Assembly (NCBI GenBank): GCA_051313645.2
Contig: JBNRSN020000030.1
Coordinates: forward strand, 27,342,001 to 27,406,000
Direction of reading: 5' to 3'
DNA: 64,000 bases
Source: Centroscyllium fabricii
Taxonomy: Eukaryota
Shown here: positions 1 through 11,109 of the stretch, piece by piece
How the letters are laid out: every line of letters starts with the position of its first letter
Numbering within the stretch: position 1 is the stretch's first letter
Notes under the pieces: generated by a model
What the model was told of the DNA's origin: nothing
The model's input: only the letters and a program-made list of their open reading frames with translations
The model's database searches: none
Program-made: the position numbers and the translations under genes

Positions 1-260
1 GCACCGACACATATCCCACCCTATCCCCGTAACCCCACATATTCAATCCCCCTAACACGAAGGGTCAATTTATCCTGGCCAATCAACCTAACCCGCACAT
101 GTTTGGACTGTGGGATGAAACCGGAGCACCCGGAGGAAACCCACGCAGACACGGGGAGAATGTGCAAACTCCACACACATAGTACCCGAGGCTGGATTTG
201 AACCCGGGTCTCTAGTGCTGTAAGGCAACAGTGCTAACCACTATGCCACCGTGCCGCCCC
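1..260 (-). mobile_element. HE1-type tRNA-derived V-SINE (5' part; 3' end outside window)
   Basis: Reverse complement begins GGGGCGGCACGGTGGCATAGTGGTTAGCACTG...GGGTTCAAATCC (A/B boxes), then the V-domain GTGTGGAGTTTGCACATTCTCCCCGTGTCTGCGTGGGTTTCCTCCGGGTGCTCCGG. Confidence 0.9.
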
Positions 261-839
261 TTTTATTGAATTACACAATCCTAAATTTTATAGATCTACT
301 TCAGTCTCATGTTTCTTGTTACAACTGGTAAAACTAGTTAGAAGTAACCCAAGTAGAGACCGGTATAAAAGTGTTCAAATGTGACATTACCAACTGTTAC
401 AGGGGAAAGTCCTGCCCACCATTTCCATTGGTGTCACCACTGGACCAGAACTCCATGTAATGCAAACACAAAATGTCTGTCCCCAGTAACCATCCAAGTT
501 ACCATTTAAAAACCAAACAAGGCACGAGGAACAATTAACATTTCGGACTCCAATTTAATGCAGTACATTTCCCCATTAAATGTTGGTGTTCTCTCAAGTC
601 TTACATTATACAGATCGAATATTGCTTTAATACCCATGTTAAATGCATGCCAATTAAACAGCAATTTCTTTTCACAGACTTTAAGGCAATGTTTTTCAAA
701 CACTCAAGAAACCTAAATTCCAATCATCTTTGTCATGCTCTGCTCCATTCTTGCGTTTGATAGGCCTCCTACGAGAAGGCAACAACCGATGCTCCCTCCC
801 AACAGGCTCTAGTTCATGAACCTGGTTTTCCTATAAATT

Positions 840-1238
840 AGGTGTTCCCCAGGGGTCGGTATTAGGACCCCTGCCTTCCGATATATATTAATGACCTGGA
901 CTTGTGTATACTCGGCATAAGGTCAAAGCTTTCAAATGGCAGTAAACTCAAAAATGTAGTAAATAATGACAGGGAAAGTAACAGACTTCATGAGGACATC
1001 GACAGAGTGGGGAAATGGGCAGATGCATAGCCGATGTAATTTAACACAGAGAAATGTGACGTAATCCAATTTTCGGGGAAGAATGAACTGAAGCAATATA
1101 AACTAAATGATTCAATTATAAATCGTGTGCAGGAACAGAGAGAATTAGATTTACCAAAGATTTCTCTGTATTTGAAGGAGGCAGGGGAAGTTGAGAAGAC
1201 CTTTTAGAAGCCTACTGGATACTTGGCTTTATTAAAAG
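840..1238 (+). mobile_element. Degenerate CR1 LINE RT fragment, left part, interrupted by the Gypsy element
   Basis: GGTGTTCCCCAGGGGTCGGTATTAGGACCC (GVPQGSVLGP) and ...ATTAATGACCTGGAC (INDLD) motifs. The sequence resumes after 5645 and is homologous to uninterrupted copies at ~21.7, 32.0, 42.4 and 53.7 kb. Confidence 0.85.
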
Positions 1239-1473
1239 TGTGGCGGCACACCAAGCTGGCGAATCCACCTCGGGAGTCTGCGGGGCATAGCCCCGCCCAC
1301 CGGGTGACGCGATGACGTCACCAGGTCTCTCGGCGTGATGAGGTCACTACGCGGGCCGTTGAAATAAGCCTGCTCCTCGTGGTTCATTCTCTTTCTTGTT
1401 TTGTAATGTAATTAAACGAGTGTTTTCTGTCTCTCTGGCTCCTGTGTGGTTCTTGGGTCCTGCAAGCGCTACA
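1239..1473 (+). repeat. 5' LTR of Gypsy element (235 bp)
   Basis: TGTGGCGGCACA...GCGCTACA; direct repeat of 5409-5645 with ~16 differences by hand count (~93% identity). Confidence 0.95.
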
Positions 1474-1474
1474 G

Positions 1475-1487
1475 TGGTGACCCCGAC
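1475..1487 (+). promoter_or_regulatory. Primer-binding site complementary to tRNA-Trp 3' end
   Basis: TGGTGACCCCGAC lies 1 nt after the LTR and is the reverse complement of ...GTCGGGGTCA-CCA of vertebrate tRNA-Trp(CCA). Confidence 0.9.
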
Positions 1488-1564
1488 TTGGATCGTCTTC
1501 CAAGGAGAAAACAGCAGCTACAGGACTAAAAACCAAGCAGCCTCAGAACACTTTAAAAAGCAAC

Positions 1565-2424
1565 ATGTCTACAAGGAACCAAGCTTCTCGATCACAAGGA
1601 CTTGGCCAGAACTTCGGGCACAGACTAACCCTACTCCCGGCAGCCTGGTTCATGTGCATAGAGAGCAGCTGCCGCAAACATGGCATCCAGGGGGACGACC
1701 ACTACGACCTTGTCTTTTCGGCCCTACCGCAATCGACGATCGATCGGAGGTGGTCGAAACTACAGCGCGTGCCCGCAGCAGGCAGGTACAAGTTCCTCAA
1801 GGCTGCGCTTCTTAAAAAATTTACCCCCTCCCAATTCGAGCACGACTGCCAGCTCCTTAACCTCCGCGAACTCGGGGACGCAGACCCGTCGGACCTTTGG
1901 GGACAAATGCAAGCGCTCACCGCCGATCCCGCCTCCCCGTTCTGCAACATATTCCTCCTTAAACAACCCCGCCCCATCAGACCGGCCCTGGTGGCCCTCT
2001 GCCATCGGACCGGGGACGAGCTAGCCGAGGAAGCCGACAGGCTCATGGCGGCCGAGCGCACCCGTTCCATCACGTGCGACCTTAATGCCGCTGCTATCGA
2101 GCACATCCGCTCTCCCCCCAGGTCCAACCCAACGCCTGAACCCAGGCCCCCGCGCCCGCCCAGGCAACTGCATCCATCAAGCACCAGCTGGTGCTACTAC
2201 CACACGCGGTTCGACTCTAAAGCGCACCGCTGCGTACAGCCCTGCACATTCAAGCCACGGCCCGGCCCAGCCCCCACTATGTCTGTAGGAAACACCGGAG
2301 CACTGCTCTATGTCACAGACAGCGGCACAGGCCTCCGGTTCCTCTGCGACACAGGCGCACAGCACAGCATCGTGCCACCTCCCCAGCAGAAGCCAAAAAA
2401 GTCACCCGGGGCCCGCCACTCGCA
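1565..2424 (+). pseudogene. Gypsy gag plus aspartic protease N-part (frameshifted near 2395-2425)
   Basis: Gag-like helical region, CYYH...HRC...C knuckle-like motif and protease motif FLCDTGAQHSIVP; the frame switches to ORF 2425. Confidence 0.9.
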
Positions 2425-3510
2425 GTGGCCAAAGGCTCTGATATCAAGATGTACGGCACCCGCAAGCTCACAATCAAGCTCGCCGGCCACACGTATCACT
2501 GGGACTTTGTCACGGCCCAGGTCACTTCACCCCTCCTCGGGGCAGATTTCCTCTGCGCCCACGGCCTCCTGGTCGACATGACCCAGCACCGCCTGGTCGA
2601 CATTCACAACATGTCGACCATCCCATGCTCAACAGGTCCCGCACTCCTGGCCCACACGGCGGCACAATGCCGCGCCCGGAACTCTGACGCATACGGCACG
2701 CTCCTCGCAGTGTTCCCAACCCTTACCAACCCCACCTTCACTGCCCGCATGGCCAAACATGGGGTGCAACATTTTATCACCACCTCTGGCACTCCCGTGC
2801 ATTCCCACGCCCGCATGCTGGACCCGGCCAAGCTGGAGATTGCACGCACCGAGTTCCACACCATGGAGCAACGCGGCATAATCCGCCGCTCCAGGAGCCC
2901 CTGGGCCTCTCCCCTCCACATCGCCCCCAAGCCGGGCGGAGGCTGGCGCCCCTGCGGCGATTACCGCCACCTCAACAATGCCACTACACCAGGTAGGTAC
3001 CCCGTACCTCACATCCAGGATTGCTCCGCCAGGCTAGCAGGCTGCACGATCTTCTCGAAGATCGACCTGGTGCGTGGCTACCACCAAGTCCCGGTGCACC
3101 CGGCGGATGTCCCCAAGACAGCCGTAATTACCCCCTTCGGCCTCTTCGAGTTCCTTAGGATGCCCTTGGGACTCAAAAACGCGGCCCAGGCCTTTCAGCG
3201 CCTAATGGACTCGGTCCTACGGGACTTGCAGTTCATTTTCGTCTGCTTGGACGACAGCCTCGTGGCCAGCACCTCCCCCCAGGAGCACCTCCTGCACCTC
3301 AGGACCCTGTTCCAGCGCCTGACCGAACAGGGCCTCATATTAAGCCCCTCTAAATGCAGATTCGGCCTCGAGATCATAGACTTCCTCGGCCACCGCATTT
3401 CCAAAACCGGGGCCATACCCCTGCCCTCCAAGGTGCAGTCAGTTCAGGAATTCCCCCGCCAGCACTCCATTAAGGGGCTGCAGGAATTCCTCGGGATGGT
3501 TAATTTCTAA
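2425..3510 (+). pseudogene. Gypsy protease C-part and reverse transcriptase (disabled)
   Basis: SPWASPLH, WRPCGDYR, FSKIDLVRGYHQ and RMPLGLKNA motifs. Catalytic YxDD is degraded to CLDD, and an in-frame TAA at 3508-3510 interrupts NF*NRFIP. Confidence 0.93.
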
Positions 3511-3974
3511 AACCGCTTCATCCCAGGAGCAGCCGCTCTCATGGCCCCCCTATACCAGGACACACACGGGCAGTCCGGCAAAACTGCAGTCGAGTGGATG
3601 GCCGACGCCGCCACCACCTTCACCACAACCAAAACCGCCCTGGCCAACGCCACCCTCCTAGCCCACCCCAGGCCCAATGCCCGAATGCCCCTCACCACTG
3701 ATGCCGCCGACCACGCTGTCGGGGCCGTCTTTGAACAGTGGACCGGCAACTCTTGGCAGCCCCCGGCCTTTTTCAGCCGGCAACTTCGGCCCCCAGAGTT
3801 TAAGTACAGCGCCTTCGACAGGGAGCTCCTCGCTGTCTACCTCGCAGTGCGCCATTTTCGCTTCCTCCTGGAGGGCCATCCCTTCAGAGCTTTCGTCGAT
3901 CACAAGCCGCTCATTTTTGCAATGGCTAAGATCACCGAACATGGTCGGCCAGGCAGCAGCGCCAACTCACAGCC
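3511..3974 (+). pseudogene. Gypsy RNase H region
   Basis: LTTDAADHAVGAV, YSAFDRELLAVYLAVRHFRFLLEG and FVDHKPL motifs; frameshift near 3945. Confidence 0.9.
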
Positions 3975-5369
3975 ATGTCGGAGTTCACTCCCAACATCCA
4001 ACGTATCTCCAGCCGCGACAGCGTTGTTGCTGACTGCCTGTCACGTCCCGCAATTAACGCCGCCCAAATGGCGGTCGATTACGCCAAGCTGGCATCAGAC
4101 CAGCTGGCCGACCCAGACCTGCTCGACCCAGCAGGAAACCTCCTTGGCCTACGCTTGGCCAAAATCGCACATGGCCCCGCGGCCACCGTAGTCTGCTGCG
4201 ACGTTTCCTTATGGCAGCCCAGACCCGTCATCCCCCACGCATGCAGGCGACACATTTTCGAGAACTTCCATGGCCTGTCCCAACGCGCCACCCGCGCTTC
4301 CGTCAAACTAATTTCAGCCCGTTTTGTGTGGCATGGCCTATGCAAAGATGTCCGCGCCTGGACCAACGCCTGGATTGACTGCCAATGCGCCAAGGTGCAC
4401 AAGCACATCAGGGCACCGCTGGAAACTTTCACCATGCCGGCCAGACGCATCGACCACGTCCATGTCGATCTCGTTGGACCACTACCGCCATCCCGGGGCC
4501 ACACACACGTCATGACCATGGTCGACCGCAACACTCGCTGGCCAGAAGCAGTCCCCCTCATTGCGACAAGCACCACGGACTTGGCCAGGTCGTTAATCGC
4601 TACCTGGATCGCCCGTTTCGGTGTGCCCACTGACATCACGTCAGACAGAGGTCCCCAATTTACGTCGGCACTATGGGCGGCCATCGCCCGTGACCTCGGG
4701 GTTACCCTACATCGAACCACCGCATACCACCCACAATCTAATGGGCTCTGCGAACGGTTCCACCGCTCCATGAAAGCATCCTTGCGGGCCAGCCTCAAAG
4801 ACACATCATGGACCGACCGTCTTCCATGGGTACTGCTTGGGCTGCGCTCGGCGGCCAAAGAAGATCTACATGCCTCAGCAACAGAACTCGTCTACGGCCA
4901 AATTTTAACAGTGCCGGGCGAATTCCTCGCCGAACCAAACGCTCCCTGGTCGGCCGACCAGTTCCTCAAGCACTTCGCCAACCCGGCACGAGCATTCAAA
5001 CCCTTACCGGTGGCCCAGCATGGAGAGCCAACAGCACGTATACTGGACAGCATCAAAAACGCGAAGTACGTCTTTGTCCGCCACGATGCCCATCGCTCAC
5101 CACTACAGCCAACTTATGACAGCCCCTACAGAGTGCTTCGGGCGGGACCAAAAGCTTTTCAGCTACAGCTGGGCAATCGGACAGAAACTGTCTATACAGA
5201 CCGGCTAAAACCGACACACGTTATAGCGGGCGATGCAACAGTTCCCGCCCAACCACCTCAACGCGGACGCCCTCCCGCACCAACACCCACCCACACTCCA
5301 CCGCAGAGGAAGGAGCAATGCACGACACATGCCGGCCGCATCTTACGGCCACCACAACGCCTCACATAG
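3975..5369 (+). pseudogene. Gypsy integrase region
   Basis: Degraded HHCC zinc finger, HVHVDLVGPLP, ITSDRGPQF and AYHPQSNGLCERFHR (DDE core), GPY/F-like YDSPYRV motif. Confidence 0.93.
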
Positions 5370-5408
5370 ACTCTTTCTCCTCTTGGACGGATTCTGGGGG
5401 GGGAGCTG

Positions 5409-5645
5409 TGTGACGGCACACCAAGACTGGCGAATCCGCCTCGGGAGTCTGTGGGGCATAGCCCCGCCCACCGGGTGACGCGATGACGTCACCAGGGCCT
5501 CTCGGCGTGATGAGGTCACTAAACAGGCCGTTTAAATAAGCCTGCTCCTCGTTGTTCAGTCTCTTTCTTGTCTAGTAATGTAATTAAACGAGTGTTTTCT
5601 GTCTCTCTGGCTCCTGTGTGGTTCTTGGGTCCCGCAAGCGCGACA
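5409..5645 (+). repeat. 3' LTR of Gypsy element (237 bp)
   Basis: TGTGACGGCACA...GCGCGACA, preceded by the polypurine tract. Confidence 0.95.
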
Positions 5646-5649
5646 ATAG

Positions 5650-6707
5650 AGCAATAGATTTCAAAAGCAAGGCAGTGATGCTAATCCGTTATACATCACT
5701 GGTTAGGGCTCAGCTGTTGGATTCTGGGAACAACATTTTAGGAGGATGTAATGGCAGAAAAGATTTACAAGCAGGTTTCGGGTGATGAGGGTCTTCAGTT
5801 ACTTGCTTAGACTGGAGAAGTTGTCGTTGTTCTCCTTAGAACAGAGAAGATTGGGAGGAGATCTGATAGAGTTCGTCAAATTCATGAGGGGTCTGGACAG
5901 GACAGTGTCCTATTCCCAGCGATCTTCAGCTGGTTCAGCAATGACCTTGCTTCCAAAATATTTCAGAAATCGGGATGCTCGCTGAAGACTGCACAGGAGG
6001 GAATGCAATGGAGGTCGTCGACATGGATGTTACTAAGGCATTTGACAAATTACCAAAGAGATGGCTGGTTAATAAAATTGAGTTTCATGGAATACATGGG
6101 TCAGTGGCAGTTTGACTGAGGAATTGGCTTAACGATAGAAAGCAGCGAGTTGTTGTAAATGGCTGTTATCCACACTAGATGATGGTAGACAGAGGTGTTC
6201 CCCAAGGGTCAGTGCTGGCGACCTGACTTTTGTATCATTTATAAATGGCCTGGATATTGGAATACCGAGTAAAATTTCTAAATATGCCGACTGCACCAAA
6301 CTTGGGGGTGTAACACACAGCGAGGATAATACCAATCGACTGCAGCAGGAAATAGAAATTTTAGCGTAATGGCAGACACGTGACAGATAGAATTTACTAC
6401 AGAGAAGTGTGAGGTGATGCATTTTGGCAGAAGAAACAGTTAGAGGCTATAATGATAATGTGATAGTTTTAAATATTGTGCATGGACAGATGTACCTGGG
6501 AGTTAATGTGCATCCGTCCTTGACCGAGTCAGGACATGTGGTTAACAAAATGCATGGGATATTGTTCTTCCTAAATAGAGGCATTGAGTACAAAATTATA
6601 GAAGTTATTCGGAATGTTTATAAAACACTGGTCACGTCCAACCAGATTTCTGCTTACAGATCTGGTCACCACATTTTAGGAAGGATGTGAAGGCCCGTAG
6701 AGGGTAC
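5650..6707 (+). mobile_element. Degenerate CR1 LINE fragments (continuation of the interrupted copy plus a second fragment)
   Basis: LEKLSLFSLEQRRLGGDLIE, KAFDK, GVPQGSVL and KYADCTKLGG-like motifs with many stops. Confidence 0.85.
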
Positions 6708-7254
6708 TCTAGTGGTTCAACTAGATGTAGTTGCGATCTAGCTTATCCAGCCAGCCAAACACTTATTCTAATAACTCCTCGAGAGACAGGTCGTGTCTGT
6801 TTTGAAGCTTTACTCGAATAAAATTGTGAAGCTGTAACAAAACAAAATATGTCCTTTGCATAAAGTTAATACTATATATTAGGTGCTATACAAGATGCAA
6901 CAAACATGTCTATGGAAACAAAAGACTGCATAATATAGATACATATATAACTTTAGAAATGAACAGCATTGAGGCCGATCGTTAACATCTGGCAGCTACG
7001 AAACTTCTTATTTACAAAGTATCAACATAATATAGTATGGACGATGTAGTTTGTATACTATTAAACAAGGATGCTCACAGACATTGTGTCTTGCCTAACA
7101 CAAGAAACGAGATGGCATCAGATTCTACAACCCTGGCTACGATGCTGGCTCTGGGTTTTAACACAGCAAACTACCTCCAAAACCACTTCCCGTTGCTGAC
7201 AGGTCGAAGGTCAAATGACACATTGCTTTACAAGACTGTCATTCGGGAGTACTA
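6708..7254 (-). mobile_element. Truncated copy of putative solo LTR
   Basis: Homologous to 12601-13186 and inserted after GGTAC at the same CR1 site; the right end was lost in a deletion. Confidence 0.65.
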
Positions 7255-7542
7255 TAAAAGGCAATCCAAGAGTCTTCTATAGGCAGATATTACCACGTTT
7301 AACGGCACTATGTCAGTGGCACAGTAAGTCGTGTGGATGGAAGCAGAAAATAGCAAATGGACAGAGATTCCGTGGGCAAAATCATAGGCAACTGATTCAG
7401 AAGATTCGGGTGATTTCGGAACTTCAATGAAATTGAAAGGAACATTTGTGACTTGCACAATTTGGGTCAAAGAGATGTAACTGATGGCAAATTAATAATC
7501 GTCCCCTTGATCTGATATTTCTGAAGACTGCGTGCAGCAGTT

Positions 7543-7615
7543 GTTTCCGCAGTGTAGTGGTTATCACGTTCGCTTTGCACGCGAAAGATCCCCGGTTCGA
7601 TCCCGGGCGGAAACA
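7543..7615 (+). tRNA. tRNA-Val-type body with TGC (Ala) anticodon; probable pseudogene
   Basis: GTTTCCGCAGTGTAGTGGTTATCACGTTCGC-TTTGCAC-GCGAAAGATCCCCGGTTCGATCCCGGGCGGAAACA. All stems pair, but U8 is C. T5 terminator at 7634-7638. Confidence 0.85.
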
Positions 7616-8951
7616 TTAAGTTCGAGAATATCGTTTTTGTGAAATAAATCTGAGATCGGATAGGTGATAAAACTTCATCAATTAATGCATTTTCATAAAT
7701 TATTAAGGTTACGTTATTGAAGTTTGGATAATCCCTCCGTGTGAACAGTTCTTTCATTTTAAAAAAACGCTATCGGTTAATGAATGGCGATTTAAAAAAT
7801 GTAGCCACTGAACTACCAGAAAACACTTTAAAGAGTTGATCACAATTCCTTCCATTTCTTATCTTTCGTCTTGTGTTTTTTCAGCGCTTGGTCCTTTTCA
7901 GCTCCTGACTGCGGAAATTCCTCTGAATCAACCTGAAAAAATGCAACATCTCGCAGCCGCGGCCTCGGTTAATACCAGCAGATCTAAGCCGCATTTCAGA
8001 CGCGGAGACAAACCCTTAATGACTCGGTTTGCACAGCACCAGAGCTCAGAGGGTCATTGTCCATCCCTAGGCTGCAAGATACCACGGACCCGGGCCACTC
8101 CTCCCCATCCACCGAGCACAGGCTCGGGAAATCCCCGGGAGAGATGATATCCCGGTCGCTGAGCCCTCGAGCAACATTGAACAAACACCCGGACTGAAAC
8201 ATTTTAAATGCGGAAGTGGGAACCTCCAAGGGCGCTCGCTGGCAGTCAGGAGGCGCTGCGTTTAGATCGAATTTCTTCTGGAAGCTTCGGTTCCAATCAC
8301 ATTGCTGAGATGGGAAAGAAATGGGAAGTGGGAATATTTGGATCGCCCTTTTCAATGAGCCGGCACAGGCACAAAGTCCGAATGGTCTCTTTCTGTGCTG
8401 TCTGATTCTAGGATTCTCTCATAAGTTGATAAAGTTTGTCTGTCATCCAGTAAACTTGTTAGCAAACCCTGCAGCGTGCAACACGGTATTGGGGGTTAAT
8501 TAGTGATGATTCAAACAATTATAAATGTCTCACAGATTTGAATGATCTTCTAATATCTTTGGTTAAAAAAATCTATCAATCGCAGATTAAAAATAATAAT
8601 TCCTGTCGCATCTTTGAAAGAGCTTTCCAATTAGTCCCACTCCGCTGCTCCTCCCCCATAGAGCTGCTGACACACCTGCCAGTGGAAACTGTTCCCCCAT
8701 AATTTGGAACAACTCTATAAGATCTCCCCTGAACAGCGATTCATGGAGTTCAACGTGGGCAAGTGTCAGATCATCCACTTTTGGTGTTAGTGACTATTTA
8801 TATTATGTCCTATTTATAACCGGTCCTGTTAGCAGTGCGTCAGCTCTGATATGAATGGGTTGCGAATCGTTTAACTCATCCTCTAAAAATCTCATACTGC
8901 TAAATTAAAATCACGGGTAAACTTTGTTTCGGTGTAAAAGAAAATGAAAAC

Positions 8952-9042
8952 AAAAACGCCAGACAGCGCCCGCGGTGAAACAGGGTTCGAACATAGAATT
9001 AAGTTCATGGTGCGAAGTAACCGCTGAGCTAAAGCTGACGTC
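8952..9042 (-). ncRNA. VTRNA: Vault RNA gene (single-copy module of the diverged unit)
   Basis: Minus strand: GACGTCAGCTTTAGCTCAGCGGTTACTTCGC...GTTCGAACC...CCGCGGGCGCTGTCTGGCGTTTTT. Matches the vertebrate vault 5' and 3' motifs, with terminal stem and T5 terminator. Confidence 0.9.
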
Positions 9043-9065
9043 AACCAATGTGCGAGAAACCGCTC

Positions 9066-9084
9066 AATATAAAGGATGAGCTCA
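9066..9084 (-). promoter_or_regulatory. Upstream TATA-like box and palindromic TGAGCTCA of the vault gene
   Basis: TTTATATT at about -24 to -31 and TGAGCTCA at about -35 to -42 from the predicted start; a similar TATA-like box precedes most other copies. Confidence 0.55.
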
Positions 9085-9576
9085 CAAATATCAGGGCCGG
9101 TGCAGTCTGGTCAAACTCAAGCCCCTCCTGTCTTGTTCAACAGAGGAACAAGAGACATGACCGGGAGTCAGACGACACAAACTGTAATTAAAGGCACAAA
9201 TACGAGTAACACTTACTTCCAAATCTTTTCACTGTTTTATAATTCCATCCAATTTTAAAGGTGATTGCGTTGAATCTGAAATTCAGCACAATGGGATTTT
9301 ATGTTTACGACCGATTCTACTTCCTGTAGAAATAGAAATAGCCGGTCTTGTTAAATTTGACCAAATTTCCCCAGGTTACTGGGGTCGTCAGCAATGCACA
9401 TGTTTAAACGAGACTCCTAAATTGCAGTTTGTAAAATGAGATATGGGCAACCGTACACATTACTGAAATGTCGCATCTCCCTCAGTTAGCATTATTTTCA
9501 TTGTGCAAAAGAGGATTATTGGTTAATTAATGATGCTTTCCCGTGAAAGCAACATAAACGTTTAACACAATGTTTT

Positions 9577-9649
9577 GGCCCAACATGGGGCTTGAAACAA
9601 CGAAGATGAAATTAAGAGTCTCACACTCTGCCGAATGAGCTCGCCGCGT
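9577..9649 (-). pseudogene. tRNA-Lys(CTT) pseudogene
   Basis: Plus strand GCCCAACATGGGGCTTGAA...ATTAAGAGTCTCA...CCGAATGAGCT matches the reverse complement of tRNA-Lys-CTT with many stem mismatches. Confidence 0.8.
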
Positions 9650-10334
9650 CTGATCACTTTGAACATCCTTGTCGTTGATTGCAGCCAGGCGTCTGCTAAC
9701 TCAGTTCCAGGTGTTCAACTTGTTCTGCAAACCACGAACCAGGTTCTCCAGAATTCAAAAGTGTGTAAAGAAATCAAGTATCAAAAGCCCTTCCATCAAC
9801 CACAGGGCTTCAGGCAATGTTCTGATCGCAAAGCGCAATTAGACTCAAAACTACGGCATCGTTCCAGCAATCTGAGAGGCAGAGTTCTCATCTTCAGTTT
9901 CTTCAGGTAATTCACTCCCCACGTCATCACCTTCTTTATTCAGGGCTATGTGTAGAACCAAGTGTCGAGAGAGTACAGGTGGGCTGGTAATATCAGCAAT
10001 TGTTCTAAACCCCAGTATATCCAGCTCTGTATTGATAGTTTTTGGGACAGGCTCCCGTTCTTCATGAATAATGACAGGTTCTGGTCTCGGAAACTTCTGC
10101 TTGTCAATATTTCTTGCCTATTTCGCGGTGTTTCCCGATTGTGTCTGTCTCTGTGGCTGAGTTTATTCCATGTGTGGCCACCTGCGGTTTGATTTTGAAC
10201 GAACACCTGTATTTGTGAATAGTAAAATTAAGTACATGACATTGGTGAAACAGTCAGAACGACTTTGTAGAAAGAATCAAGTTATTGTGAAAGAGCAAAG
10301 AAAATTATAACGCCGGGATTATCAAGTAGAATAA

Positions 10335-10406
10335 TGACCCCGGCGTGATTTGAACACGCAGCCTTCCGATTTGGAGTCAGACGCGCTACCGTCGCGCCAC
10401 GAGGCC
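10335..10406 (-). tRNA. tRNA-Trp(CCA), near-intact (A14G)
   Basis: GGCCTCGTGGCGCGACGGTAGCGCGTCTGACTCCAAATCGGAAGGCTGCGTGTTCAAATCACGCCGGGGTCA; all stems pair. Confidence 0.9.
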
Positions 10407-10784
10407 CTCAGGATAAGTCTGGATGTTTTTATATATGCAAGTTCCTCAAACACTGTTTCCTTCCTCCTGCCTTGGAGTAATTAAAGGCCATTAAAATCCC
10501 CGCCCACTCCCACCGGGTGACAGACAGCATCAGAAGCAGCGCTCACCTGTCACTCTCACCGTCTCCCGCCCGCTTTCACCACCTGCTGCCGGTGGACTGC
10601 AGCAAATCCAATTACCCGCACCGAGCCCCCACAATCATCACATCACAGGGAAATCAACAGGGAAACTGCTCAAAATACACAACAGGTCGAGCAAATTCTG
10701 AAAATCAATTAGACTTGCGGCGGGAAATAATATTCAGAACTGGCAGAAGGCGGTGTAAAAATATAAAGTGTGGGTGTGTGAGCC

Positions 10785-11010
10785 GAGGCCCGAAGCTCTG
10801 GAGTTCCCTCCCTGAACCTCTCCGCCTCTCTTTCCTCCTTTAAGACGCTCCTTAAAATCTACCACTTGGACCAAGCTTACGGTCACCTTTCCTAATATCT
10901 CCTTATGTGGCTCGGTGTCAAATTCTGTCTCAGAATCGCTCCTGTGAAGCGGCTTGGGAAGTTTTAATACTTAAAAGGCGCTAAATAAATGCAATTTGTT
11001 TTTGTTGTTG
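10785..11010 (+). mobile_element. L2-LINE / SacSINE-type 3' tail (copies near 21.36, 31.66, 42.03, 53.39 kb)
   Basis: CTCCTGTGAAGCGGCTTGGGA...AAAGGCGCTAAATAAATGCAA followed by a (TTG)n tail. Confidence 0.7.
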
Positions 11011-11109
11011 TGTATATGGGTGTGGTGTTTATATATAAATGGGTGTTTATAGAATAAGCACGATGCTGTGCTCGTGTGTTGATTGTAAATATTGGTGAAC
11101 GGATAATGT

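Larger units (their letters stand above)
1239..5645 (+). mobile_element. Full-length, inactivated Gypsy/Ty3 LTR retrotransposon
   Basis: Two TG...CA LTRs, PBS, gag-protease-RT-RNaseH-integrase domain order, polypurine tract GGGGGGGGAG before the 3' LTR, and a 4-bp TSD (AAAG 1235-1238 / ATAG 5646-5649; empty site reads ATAG). Confidence 0.97.

Noticed and set aside
2390-2430. Programmed gag-pol ribosomal frameshift
   Set aside because: The frame change falls inside the protease, after the DTGA motif, in an element with other disabling mutations. A decay indel is more parsimonious.
7940-8290. GC-rich spacer downstream of tRNA-Val as another ncRNA (5S, U6, 7SK, 7SL, Y)
   Set aside because: No recognisable conserved motif of those families on either strand. 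An Rfam scan would be needed to exclude a divergent RNA.
8952-9042. Reading the 91-nt element as a degenerate tRNA-Lys(TTT) or a SINE head
   Set aside because: It has A/B boxes but no cloverleaf. Its 5' 23 nt and 3' CCGCGGGCGCT match vault RNA, and it ends in a terminal stem plus T run.
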